Source: a virus
Lineage: Duplodnaviria; Caudoviricetes
Length of the DNA: 64,000 bases
Virus record (IMG/VR): IMGVR_UViG_3300025600_000004
Location: 1 to 64,000 of that record
Strand: one strand, 5' to 3'
The notes beneath the pieces are model-generated. The model had not been told where the DNA came from, ran no database searches, and saw nothing but the letters and a program-made list of their open reading frames with translations. The translations under genes and the position numbers were made by a program. Positions 39,025-48,025 of this stretch are shown one piece after another. The stretch's first letter is position 1; each line of letters begins with the position of its first letter.

Positions 39025-40158
39025 TTATTCCTTAGAAAGTCCCAGTAATTTACCCATGATTGCTGCTGCTGTTTTGTCCTGCTCAGGTACGCTGTGAACA
39101 TAGAGTTGCAGGGTAATTCCCACAGAGGAATGCCCTAGTCTCTCACTGACCATCTTGATATTACATCCCTCGGCAATCAGTTGAGTAGCATGGGTATGTC
39201 TAAGATCATGAAAGCGAACTCCCTTGATTCCAGAGAGTGCCAGGACTTCGCGATAGAGAGCTGAGGCATTCGTAGTTAACAACGGCTTCCCAGTGGCATT
39301 GTGGAACACCAATGGATTCCCTAGGTTAATACTCTGCAACTCCTCCAGCACCTTAGCATCCACAGATATCGTACGTATCGAAGAATTAGACTTAGGAGAT
39401 TCCAATGATCCTTCCTTAGATAGACTGCGGATGACTTTGACATTATCGAGTCCTACGCAATCCCACTGTAGTCCCAGCAACTCCCCAAGTCTCATCCCAG
39501 TGGCGAGGGCAAGGAGAATAAGGTAATACGCAGCCCTCAGCATCTCCCTACGAGAACTTAGGCATCCACGAGCTGCCTCAAGCAACGTTGTTATCTGTGT
39601 CTGACTGAGTATATGCATTGTCTTCATTGGGCGCTTCAGCGGGTTACTACGACTTGCAGGGTTGATTCCAATGATTCCTTCGTCCACAGCGAGGTTCAAC
39701 ATATTATGTATAGCCTCTCTATGCTTCCCTAGACTAGTCGGTGAAAGTCCATAGGCAACCTTGACATTAAAGTAATCATTGATGATGCCAGTGGTTAGCT
39801 TTTGAACCTTGTATTTACCTAGTGTCGGCTCAATGTGCTTAGTGCAGACATGGACATAACAAAGGTACGTAGACTCCCTAAGTTGCGTCTTCTTGCTCTC
39901 TAGCCATCTTTGGATGTACTGAGTTACCGTGTAGCTATTGCCTGGTTTCAGTAATCCTTTGCCATTTTGCTTCTTGAGTTCATCCAGTGCCTTCACTGCA
40001 TTCTTCTGTCCTTCTACGGTAACTGACTTTCTCCTCTGTTCTCCACCGATGCCATCTATGGTGATTTGAACTTTGTATTTACCTTTGGATATTTCTAGAA
40101 TGCTGCCATCGCCCTTGGGTCTCCGAGGTTTAGGCTTAGGTTTTTCCTTATCTTCCAT
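39025..40158 (-). CDS. int: tyrosine integrase
   Basis: GDGSI N-terminus, TGMR.GELLGL.W, RFHDLRHTHAT, LGHSS...T..LY.H; ATG 40158 after GGAGGG. Confidence 0.95.
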   Translation of the reverse strand: MEDKEKPKPKPRRPKGDGSILEISKGKYKVQITIDGIGGEQRRKSVTVEGQKNAVKALDELKKQNGKGLLKPGNSYTVTQYIQRWLESKKTQLRESTYLCYVHVCTKHIEPTLGKYKVQKLTTGIINDYFNVKVAYGLSPTSLGKHREAIHNMLNLAVDEGIIGINPASRSNPLKRPMKTMHILSQTQITTLLEAARGCLSSRREMLRAAYYLILLALATGMRLGELLGLQWDCVGLDNVKVIRSLSKEGSLESPKSNSSIRTISVDAKVLEELQSINLGNPLVFHNATGKPLLTTNASALYREVLALSGIKGVRFHDLRHTHATQLIAEGCNIKMVSERLGHSSVGITLQLYVHSVPEQDKTAAAIMGKLLGLSKE

Positions 40159-40234
40159 AACTTCCCTCCATTCGACATTAAACACTCTTGTGGTACTTTA
40201 GTCCCGATGATATACTATGTGTATATACAGTAAT

Positions 40235-40248
40235 AGAACAAACGTTTG
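40235..40248. promoter_or_regulatory. LexA (Cheo/SOS) box
   Basis: AGAACAAACGTTTG matches the Bacillus consensus CGAACRNRYGTTYG at 13 of 14 positions; lies downstream of TG-TATACT (40211-40216). Confidence 0.6.
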
Positions 40249-40266
40249 CATAAGGAGTCGATGTAA

Positions 40267-40500
40267 ATGACACTGAAAACTATAGGCACTACGCAATACA
40301 TAACTTACATATTTGATACTGTGAAAAAATGGAGCTGGACAAAGGGGATGTACTTTGTTCACCCTTCGGCAGAACAGGAATTCATCGCATACATTAGACA
40401 CAATGAATCACTTCAACAGCTCCGCGAGCTCCGAGATATCCTTAGCTTCTTTATCAGTGGGCTTACCTTTGCCTCTAGTGAATATCTCCGTATCATCTAA
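40267..40500 (+). CDS. small protein, candidate SOS-induced antirepressor
   Basis: AAGGAG RBS; follows the SOS box; 3' end overlaps the convergent repressor gene. Confidence 0.45.
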   Translation: MTLKTIGTTQYITYIFDTVKKWSWTKGMYFVHPSAEQEFIAYIRHNESLQQLRELRDILSFFISGLTFASSEYLRII

Positions 40501-40725
40501 TAGAAACACATCGATCTCGTCGTCATCAAAGAAGAAGTATCCTTTGGGCAACTCTGCGATGGCGATGAGTTCCTTTGTTTTATCCCAGCCAAGCTTCTTA
40601 GATTCATCCTTGCAGTTTTCGATGTTGGCGATGTTACGCTCTGTAGTATCTAATGCTGCAGCGAGTTCTATCCTTGAATACCCTAGTTTATTCCTAGCGT
40701 ACCGAACTCTTTCCCCGTATATCAT
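40408..40725 (-). CDS. immunity repressor (XRE HTH, no S24 domain)
   Basis: GERVRYARNKLGYSRIELAAALDTTERNIANIEN; divergent from the early genes. Confidence 0.8.
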   Translation of the reverse strand: MIYGERVRYARNKLGYSRIELAAALDTTERNIANIENCKDESKKLGWDKTKELIAIAELPKGYFFFDDDEIDVFLLDDTEIFTRGKGKPTDKEAKDISELAELLK

Positions 40726-40742
40726 TTGATCACCTCGCTATC

Positions 40743-40841
40743 ATTATATATGTAAATGAATTACAATGCAACTACCTAGGGTTACACAAAGTTTGTTTAA
40801 CGAAAATAAGTGTTGCATTCTCGGACAACCTATGATATTAT
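40743..40841. promoter_or_regulatory. divergent promoter pair (repressor / early)
   Basis: Minus: TTGCAT-17-TATAAT (40771-40743). Plus: TTGCAT-17-TATTAT (40813-40841). Confidence 0.75.
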
Positions 40842-40889
40842 AAACACATCGAAGGGCACAGAGCACACCGAGTCCTCCAAAGCCTTTCC

Positions 40890-41216
40890 ATGCAAAGCGA
40901 GGAACGTACATTGAAAACATCATACAGCGAAGACCCACAGAGGATAAGCTTAGGACAACTCCAGGATTCCTACTATGAAGCACAGCATTCCGAAGAAAGC
41001 ATCTTAGGTTCCGCGAAAGCCCATCGTAACCGACACATAGCAAGGGCAAACTCAGCATTCGAAGTATTGCTGAGGAATCACCCAGAAGGCGAAGTGTTGC
41101 TGAGGATGCTGTGGGATGAACTAAGTGATGCAGAGGATATCATAGTAGATGCAACGGTTGAACATTGTTTCGTAGAATGTCAAAAGAAACTTATTGACAC
41201 AGTGGTTGCGAGGTGA
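40890..41216 (+). CDS. hypothetical protein
   Basis: First ORF after the rightward promoter; start uncertain. Confidence 0.5.
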   Translation: MQSEERTLKTSYSEDPQRISLGQLQDSYYEAQHSEESILGSAKAHRNRHIARANSAFEVLLRNHPEGEVLLRMLWDELSDAEDIIVDATVEHCFVECQKKLIDTVVAR

Positions 41217-41222
41217 TATAGT
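41186..41222 (+). promoter_or_regulatory. early sigmaA promoter
   Basis: AGAAACTTA-TTGACA (41194)-17-TATAGT. Confidence 0.75.
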
Positions 41223-41338
41223 AAGTACATAAGAGTTAATCGCAATTAACGATTGCTCGTAGAAGGACGGTGAGCAACAATGAGATCAAGGGACAGGCCG
41301 TAGGAAGTAGCTTGGAATACTTCCTTGAAATATCCAAA

Positions 41339-41375
41339 GAAACATATTGACATAATGAATTGACTATGGTACACT
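41339..41375 (+). promoter_or_regulatory. early sigmaA promoter
   Basis: GAAACATA-TTGACA (41347)-17-TACACT. Confidence 0.7.
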
Positions 41376-41425
41376 AAGTACATAGCAAAGGTTGCACGGA
41401 CACAATGGATCAAGGGTGATCCGCA

Positions 41426-41457
41426 TTGCTATGGCTAGGGTGTTTCCCGAAGTTTCC
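41426..41457 (+). repeat. repeat A copy 5
   Basis: TTGCTATGGCTAGGGTGTTTCCCGAAGTTTCC. Confidence 0.85.
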
Positions 41458-41480
41458 ACAAGGAATAAGGAGGAAGAACA

Positions 41481-41890
41481 ATGATAAAACAAGAGCTAAC
41501 ACCAATGGAAGAACAGAGTATTTTCAATGCAGCCTTTGAATATAGGTATGCTGGCAAAGAATTATCTTGGGGCTTAATTACTGCGATAATCAATAGGCGA
41601 CTCGATGTAAAGTACAATGTCAACAAGGTTAGACAAGTATGCGGAAGACTGCACAGGGAGTTCGTTGTCAAACGAGGTAACCAATGAAGATCAACTGTAG
41701 TTATATCAATGACTGCCTAAATCGTAACAATGACTGCGATATGTGCACTAGAAACTCCCTGTATACCCACTGGACACTTGGAGATCAATATCATGCTGAG
41801 AAGTGCAATGATTGCCAAGATAACAAATACTATGAAGTCTGCGAAGACAATGTCTGCAATGAATATCACAATAATTACGAGGAGGAATAA
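41481..41890 (+). other. two small hypothetical genes (41481-41687; Cys-rich 41684-41890)
   Basis: GGAGG RBSs, ATGA overlap. Confidence 0.65.
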
Positions 41891-41892
41891 CA

Positions 41893-42129
41893 ATGGCAAA
41901 ACCAAAGGTAACTGTAGTTGTAACCTGTGAGGATTTTAATGATAAACCTAGTAGAAAGTCAAAGAGTAAATCCGACAATGAAAAGGTAACATATTACCTA
42001 GCACCAGATACTATCGACAAGGTACATGAATTAGACTTTCACGCAAAACAGCGCAGAGAGAAGACATCTTACTCCCAGATAATAAGCGAAGCTGTCAATG
42101 TATACTATGATCAGCAAACAATTTTCTAA
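41893..42129 (+). CDS. ribbon-helix-helix-like DNA-binding protein
   Basis: KVTYYL.P.TID.V...SYSQIISEAV pattern (beta strand plus two helices). Confidence 0.5.
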   Translation: MAKPKVTVVVTCEDFNDKPSRKSKSKSDNEKVTYYLAPDTIDKVHELDFHAKQRREKTSYSQIISEAVNVYYDQQTIF

Positions 42130-42168
42130 GCAATCAGAGTTTCCTAAGAATACTAAGGAGGAATTACT

Positions 42169-42783
42169 ATGACAACAATGACCAACCAAGAATTAGCCAC
42201 AGAGTTCCGCAGACTGGCTAAGGAAACCCTGGCATCCTTAGAAACCATAAAGAGTGGCAATAGACTCCTTAGCACAATGATAACAGCTAAGGCGCACGAT
42301 GAACACATGGAGCAACTGAAAGCTATGAATACAGTGATGTCTCAGCAACTCGAATCTATCAAAGCAATGGTCAATGGCACAACTATGCCCACCTTGTTTC
42401 CTAGAGTTTCCGAGATCACTCAGACTTACATCAAAGAACTCCAGGCATCCAATGACATCATGCAGACACAGTTAGAAACCATATCATCACCAGAACTACG
42501 CAAGATATGGAGCGATGCACATTCTAAGATGGCCGAAGAATACAAGTATAAACTTGCAGTACTTCTGAGTCAACCTATTTACGAAGTACACCTTGATGTC
42601 AATGCTCCAGAGTTTCCAAAGAATACGAAGGATACCATGGCATTCTATGAAGCCATGATGAAAATCCCTGAGCATCAACGGACATCCGAAGAAATCGGTG
42701 AATCACTAAGGAGAATACTTAGTAGCATCAACGAAACGGAGGAATTACAATGTATTTCACAGCCAAACACCAAGAACTCATAG
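42169..42783 (+). CDS. hypothetical coiled-coil protein
   Basis: 204 aa; contains repeat A copy 6 in frame. Confidence 0.6.
   Translation: MTTMTNQELATEFRRLAKETLASLETIKSGNRLLSTMITAKAHDEHMEQLKAMNTVMSQQLESIKAMVNGTTMPTLFPRVSEITQTYIKELQASNDIMQTQLETISSPELRKIWSDAHSKMAEEYKYKLAVLLSQPIYEVHLDVNAPEFPKNTKDTMAFYEAMMKIPEHQRTSEEIGESLRRILSSINETEELQCISQPNTKNS
42380..42411 (+). repeat. repeat A copy 6 (inside ORF)
   Basis: CAACTATGCCCACCTTGTTTCCTAGAGTTTCC. Confidence 0.9.
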
Positions 42784-43169
42784 ACCAACTACAGGAACTA
42801 TGTCCCATCGCATTTCCTAAGAAGCCCAGTCCTAAGGTCGCACTGGCACACGGGCAACACATCGACATCCAACGAATCCTAAGCATCGACAAGGCAACTT
42901 CGATAGCACTGTTGAACTTCTGGTGCAAGGGACATCGGTATGACCTCGCATGTTCCATAGAAGGTGTCCTTCGGCTGAGGTACGATGGCAGCGTAGGAGG
43001 CAAGGTGAGTCTAAGGGAATCGCAGATACATAAGAGGAAGCTGGATGGGTACTATGAGACGAGGGTGGCTCCGAAGGGTTACAAGGTTACACCAAGGGAG
43101 CCGAAGTCATTCTTTGCTACAGCTAAGGAAATGCTAAGGTCACTATGGCGCAAGGAGGTAGCTCAGTAA
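42750..43169 (+). CDS. ProQ/FinO-domain RNA-binding protein
   Basis: L.EL.P.AFP.K..PK.AL..G...DI...LL.FWC.G.RY......EG.LR...DG...GKVS aligns by eye with the FinO/ProQ consensus. Confidence 0.75.
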   Translation: MYFTAKHQELIDQLQELCPIAFPKKPSPKVALAHGQHIDIQRILSIDKATSIALLNFWCKGHRYDLACSIEGVLRLRYDGSVGGKVSLRESQIHKRKLDGYYETRVAPKGYKVTPREPKSFFATAKEMLRSLWRKEVAQ

Positions 43170-43314
43170 TGTACATAGTAATCGATGAACACAGAGCATG
43201 GTTTACACTGACGGACAAAGACAGGCTAAGGGATATCTGTGACAACATGGCAAAGCTAGGAACATCCTTTGAAGTGTTCAAAGCTGAATCAGTGAATTAT
43301 AAGGAGGAATCACA

Positions 43315-43983
43315 ATGAATAACTTAGTCACAATGACAAACGGCACAGCCACAGTAACATCTCGGCAGGTCGCGGAGAACTTTGGGAAGGAACATAGTAA
43401 GGTCAAGGCATCCATAGAAAATATCATGGAAGAATTAGGTAGCGCGGAAATCGGCGACACCTCAATGTTCACAGTGGGATGCTATGTAGATCAGTGGAAT
43501 CGCAATCAGGCAGAGTTTACAATGAATCGCGATGGCTGGACTTTGCTGACTATGGGATTTACTGGTTCCAAAGCCCTTCAATGGAAGCTCAAGTACATCG
43601 CAGCATTCAATGATATGGAGAAGCAACTTAGTACCCATGCAATTCCACAGACTCGCGCAGAGGCTCTGAGACTTGCTGCGGATGCGATGGAACAACTTGA
43701 TTCAGCCAAGACTCTCATAGAAATCATGGAGCCCAAAGCTAAAGCCTTCGACATATTCATTGACTGCCAAGGTTACTACTCAGTTGGCACAGCAGCCAAG
43801 ATGTTGAACACTGGTCGCAATAGACTCTTCGCATTCATGGCAATTCATAAAATCATCATGGATAGCAATGTTCCCTATCAATGCTATGTAGACAGAGGGT
43901 ACTTTGCGGTCAAAGGTCATAATGGAATCACCTATGTATCTCCCAAGGGTCTCCAATGGTTGTCGGAGAAACTCTTAGCTTAA
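43315..43983 (+). CDS. Rha-family regulator fused to antirepressor KilAC (ANT) domain
   Basis: TSRQVAENFGKEH, M.RDGW.LL.MGFTG.KALQWK..YI.AF; C-terminal AAK.L..GRNRLF...PYQ..RGYF. Confidence 0.88.
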   Translation: MNNLVTMTNGTATVTSRQVAENFGKEHSKVKASIENIMEELGSAEIGDTSMFTVGCYVDQWNRNQAEFTMNRDGWTLLTMGFTGSKALQWKLKYIAAFNDMEKQLSTHAIPQTRAEALRLAADAMEQLDSAKTLIEIMEPKAKAFDIFIDCQGYYSVGTAAKMLNTGRNRLFAFMAIHKIIMDSNVPYQCYVDRGYFAVKGHNGITYVSPKGLQWLSEKLLA

Positions 43984-44012
43984 CTATGCCCACACTGTTT
44001 CCCAAAGTTTCC
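43981..44012 (+). repeat. repeat A copy 7 (starts on stop codon)
   Basis: TAACTATGCCCACACTGTTTCCCAAAGTTTCC. Confidence 0.95.
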
Positions 44013-44026
44013 AAGGAGGTGATACA

Positions 44027-44697
44027 ATGGACAGCTTCAGATTCAAACTCAGTAATCCTGAGTCCCTAGGACATGACTTCGAATACCTAGCAACCAAAGT
44101 CACTCCAGGGAGGTACAAGGTATCATGGACTGACAAAGGAGTGCTACAGGCAGAGGACTTCGGACTCTTTGAGGTCAGAGACTCTATCAAGGATGGTACT
44201 TGGGTGATCGTAGAATAGTCGAAGTATAAGGAGGTAACAATGGAATTACTTAGTCAATACAATGCTATCATATGTCAAGTCTTAGTAATCATATGCATAC
44301 TGAAGTCATCATGGCATTACTGGAAAGGCGATGTAACCAAGGCAAACTTTGAGATGCTATGGGCAATCTTGTTAAACATGGGAATATAAGGAGGAATAAC
44401 ATGGAAATCAACATTAGAACAATGTCAACAATGGAGTCGCTAAAATCCAAGGAACTCAGAGTCGCAGGGTACATAGACAAATTCCTAGCTTTTGCAAAGT
44501 ACATCGAAGGTAAGGCATTGGCATTCCAGAGAAATTCCACAGAACAACTACGGGATGACCTCGCCAAACAACGATCCATCCGAGCAGACTACTTGATCAC
44601 CTTGGCACTAGAGGCTCAAAGGGTTAACGATGAAATCGATGAGATTACTGAGGCTCATGGCAGACATAGTGAGAATCTGGAGATGTACAAGGGTTAA
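44027..44697 (+). other. small hypothetical genes (44027-44218, ~44240-44390, 44401-44697)
   Basis: GGAGG RBSs. Confidence 0.6.
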
Positions 44698-44726
44698 CTA
44701 TGTGCACTGTGTTTCCAAAAGTTTCC
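44695..44726 (+). repeat. repeat A copy 8 (starts on stop codon)
   Basis: TAACTATGTGCACTGTGTTTCCAAAAGTTTCC. Confidence 0.95.
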
Positions 44727-44790
44727 TAGGAATACAAAGTTTCCTCCAAGGCGTACATCGGGACGACCACGTAGCGAAGGAGATTATAAC

Positions 44791-45408
44791 ATGGCATTTT
44801 TGAACAAAGTAAACGGTGGTAATAACTTAGTAACTCCAAAGGGTAACGTAGAATTCTCAATGATTAACACTGCTCAGGATTTCTTCAAAGAGAAATACTA
44901 CCATAATATCACAATGTCATTCGATGAAACTACGGACGCGAAGTTCACTGCAACAATGGAAGCCCTGCACAATGCCATCGAAGAACTACCAGAAAACAAA
45001 GGAAAGAAATGGATGCCTGAGCATAGACTGGGGTACTTCGAAGATAAGAACGGTAAGAAACTGTGGAAATTCAAGACCTATGCCTTCGAAGTATCCACAG
45101 ATAACACAACTCCTAAGAAACCAGTGTTCGTCGCAGATAAATTCCAGAAACCATTGCCTGATACTACGATTGGCAGAGGCTCCATCGCTCAAGTCCAGTT
45201 TACAGCTAAGTGGTCATATGAATCGAAGAACAACTGCGGAATTTCACTGTGGTTGGAGGGTGTCATGGTTCATGATTTGGTAGAAGTCGGTGGATCGAAG
45301 ATGAACTTTGCCTTCGAAGAACCTAAGATGTCCTTTGTTCCTGAAGTTGCTCCGAAGACCACTACGGCTCCATCGACCACCATCGGTGACGAAGAAATCC
45401 CATTCTAG
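44791..45408 (+). CDS. ssb: single-stranded DNA-binding protein, T7 gp2.5-like
   Basis: VTPKG...F, IG.GS, GISL.L.GV.V.DLVE, acidic C-terminal DEEIPF. Confidence 0.8.
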   Translation: MAFLNKVNGGNNLVTPKGNVEFSMINTAQDFFKEKYYHNITMSFDETTDAKFTATMEALHNAIEELPENKGKKWMPEHRLGYFEDKNGKKLWKFKTYAFEVSTDNTTPKKPVFVADKFQKPLPDTTIGRGSIAQVQFTAKWSYESKNNCGISLWLEGVMVHDLVEVGGSKMNFAFEEPKMSFVPEVAPKTTTAPSTTIGDEEIPF

Positions 45409-45438
45409 GCATAAGTGGTCGCAACCATGTTGCTCGCA

Positions 45439-45470
45439 CAACTATGTCCACCCTGTTTCCCAGAGTTTCC
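45439..45470 (+). repeat. repeat A copy 9
   Basis: CAACTATGTCCACCCTGTTTCCCAGAGTTTCC. Confidence 0.95.
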
Positions 45471-45529
45471 TACGATCACACAGGGAGCATGGAGTCATCA
45501 AACTCCACTCCCATACAAAGGAGTTAACA

Positions 45530-46474
45530 ATGAAAGTCAATGTAAGCATCGTAACAGAACGTAGATTCACATTGGATATGTCAGAGGATGAAGCTAGAAC
45601 ACTAAGAAGCCTAGCCCCTAACATCGGATACAAGCAGATCACGGGATTCGGTGGCGGTCATAGTATAGCAGAGAAAGGCGATGAGTTATTCAAGGACATT
45701 AGTGAGACTCTTAGAAGCATCCTATGAACACGCAGGACTACATCGTAATCTGCGGAAAGCCCATAGTACTCCCAGAATGGCTGAGTCCCTTAGATATGCC
45801 CAGCGATTCGCAGGACTACATGGAATACTTGGACTACAGCGAGGACATAGGTAACTTTAATTGAGCTTTGAATAGCGATGTAAGCGTAGGAGTACAAAGT
45901 TGCACCAGCGTCCTCTGAGGGCGTTACAATGAGAAACGGAGGAATATCAATGATTAGTATGTTTGTCGCAGGTGCTTTGTTCACATCGATAGCCTTAGAT
46001 GTATTGCGTAGAGATTGCAATGGATTAACAGTGTTCAATACAGTAGCTTGCATAGGGAACATATGGTGTGCGTTAAATTAAGGAGGAATAACAATGGTTA
46101 ACTCAGCAGAAACCCAGCTTGCAATGGAAACAGTGTTGCAGTCAATGAGAAACGTAGGCTCCCAGTTATCAGCATTGAAGTCCAAGGTTAGATTCTACAA
46201 TAATGCATTGGATAATCTTAGACACATCCGTGAGTTCAATGAGACTATGACTTGCTTAGAAATCTTAGATCATGACAAGGAAGTCCATCGGATTTCTAAG
46301 GAGAGGCGCGTCATCAAGGATGAGATCATGGTACTCGGTGCATTCAAAGGATTATACGATGACAACCCTGGACTTAGGGATGCGATGCAGAACGTGGTGA
46401 ATTCTATGGAGTGTGCGAAGAGGCGGGTGGGGAGTCAGAGGTATTTTCTAAAAGACACTGGTGGCGTGGTTTAA
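45530..46474 (+). other. hypothetical genes (45530-45727, small membrane ORF ~45951, 46094-46474)
   Basis: RBSs present; no motif recognised. Confidence 0.6.
45903..45932 (+). repeat. repeat B copy 4
   Basis: CACCAGCGTCCTCTGAGGGCGTTACAATGA. Confidence 0.85.
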
Positions 46475-46503
46475 CTACGCATACTGTGTTGCCCGAAGTT
46501 TCC
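46472..46503 (+). repeat. repeat A copy 10 (starts on stop codon)
   Basis: TAACTACGCATACTGTGTTGCCCGAAGTTTCC. Confidence 0.9.
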
Positions 46504-46527
46504 TGAGAATGCGGAGGAGGTGATTCA

Positions 46528-47727
46528 TTGATAATCAAAGTAATCGATGCTGGCTGTGGTGAAGGTAAGACGACCTATGCTGCTACAATGATTAACCAGA
46601 ATCCAGAGAAGAGCTATGTGTTCATTACACCGTACATCAATGAGGTCGAGAATATGAAGGACAAAAGGTGTCCTATGGCAAACTTCAAGCAGCCAACTCA
46701 GCGTGGCGAAGGTAAATTCGGTGATTTCCATAGACTCTTGGTTCAAGGAGATAACATAGCTAGTACACACGCGTTATTCCAAAGGTCAACCCAGGAAACC
46801 ATGGATCTCATTGAAAGCCATGACTATACATTGATACTCGATGAGGTCATGAATGTACTCGAAGAATTACCTTTGAAGAAAGATGATTTACCTACGATAC
46901 TTAGTCAATCATTGGCTCACGTAGATGACGGTGGATTCCTCGTATGGGATGCTAAGGAGTACGATGGCCGATACAATGATGTCAAGATCATGTGTAACAA
47001 CAAGAGCCTCTTTGTAGTCAATGATTGTGTGCTGATGTGGACATTCCCAGCAGAGGTGTTCAAGTGCTTCAGAGAAGTCTATGTTCTCACCTATATGTTC
47101 TCAGCGCAGATTCAGAGATATTACTATGACCTCCACGGCATCAGCTATGAATATTACAGTGTTGCGATGAATGCCGATGGACGCACTGCCAGTCTTATGC
47201 AATACAAAGAGAATGGCAAGGCTCCCAAGGGAACAGTGGACATATACGAAGGCAAACTGAATATCATCGGTGATGGCATGACAGCATTGAGCAAGTCTTG
47301 GTATCTGAAGAATCGCTATGCAAAGATCGAGGTGCTCAGGAATAATACATTGAATTACTTCGTTCATATCACAAAGTCTAAATCTAAGTTCAACCTATGG
47401 ACAACCTTCAAGGACTACAAGAACAAAGTGAGTGGCAAAGGATACTCCAGAGGATTCCTTGCAAGCAATGCCAGGGCAACCAATGAATATAAGGATAGAA
47501 CTACGGTTGCATATACAATCAATAAATTTCTAAGTCCAATCTTAGTATCATTCTTTGCTAGACATGGCATCAGTGTAGACCAAGACATGTTTGCTACCTC
47601 AGAGTTAGTACAGTTCATCTACAGATCAGCCCTAAGAGAAGACCAAAGAATATCATTGTACATACCAAGTGAACGTATGAGGACTTTGCTGAAACAATGG
47701 TTGTTGCAATGGAAGCAACAGAATTAA
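46528..47727 (+). CDS. SF2-like helicase / possible origin-binding protein
   Basis: Walker A DAGCGEGKT, Walker B LILDEV, motif III LTY, C-terminal Q.I.RS..R. Confidence 0.7.
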   Translation: MIIKVIDAGCGEGKTTYAATMINQNPEKSYVFITPYINEVENMKDKRCPMANFKQPTQRGEGKFGDFHRLLVQGDNIASTHALFQRSTQETMDLIESHDYTLILDEVMNVLEELPLKKDDLPTILSQSLAHVDDGGFLVWDAKEYDGRYNDVKIMCNNKSLFVVNDCVLMWTFPAEVFKCFREVYVLTYMFSAQIQRYYYDLHGISYEYYSVAMNADGRTASLMQYKENGKAPKGTVDIYEGKLNIIGDGMTALSKSWYLKNRYAKIEVLRNNTLNYFVHITKSKSKFNLWTTFKDYKNKVSGKGYSRGFLASNARATNEYKDRTTVAYTINKFLSPILVSFFARHGISVDQDMFATSELVQFIYRSALREDQRISLYIPSERMRTLLKQWLLQWKQQN

Positions 47728-47802
47728 CAATGAACCCTTGTATTCCGTGGCTTGGCGGGGTGTTACCCTTAAAAGAAACTATGAATACTTAGGGAGGGAC
47801 GA

Positions 47803-47856
47803 GGAACACTGACGCATTCGCCACGGGCTCACTTGTCGGTCAGCTACGCTTCCCAA
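47803..47856 (+). repeat. repeat C hairpin, copy 2
   Basis: GGAACACTGACGC...CTTGTCGGTCAGCTACGCTTCCCAA; 15-bp exact match to copy 1. Confidence 0.8.
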
Positions 47857-48025
47857 TCACTAACATATGATAATTGTGAGCAAAGCGAACGTTGGTAGCA
47901 TAGCGGACAACTCGTTCCTACCTCGGAACATAGGGAACCTAAGACCACCATTGACCATCTGTGTCACTGATCCACAGCAATCCCAATGTCCACTTAGTTA
48001 ACTATGAATACAAGGAGGTTAACCA

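Noticed and set aside
42135-42160. AGAGTTTCCTAAGAATAC (and a similar stretch near 42609) as extra repeat A copies
   Set aside because: Only the right half matches, so they were not counted.
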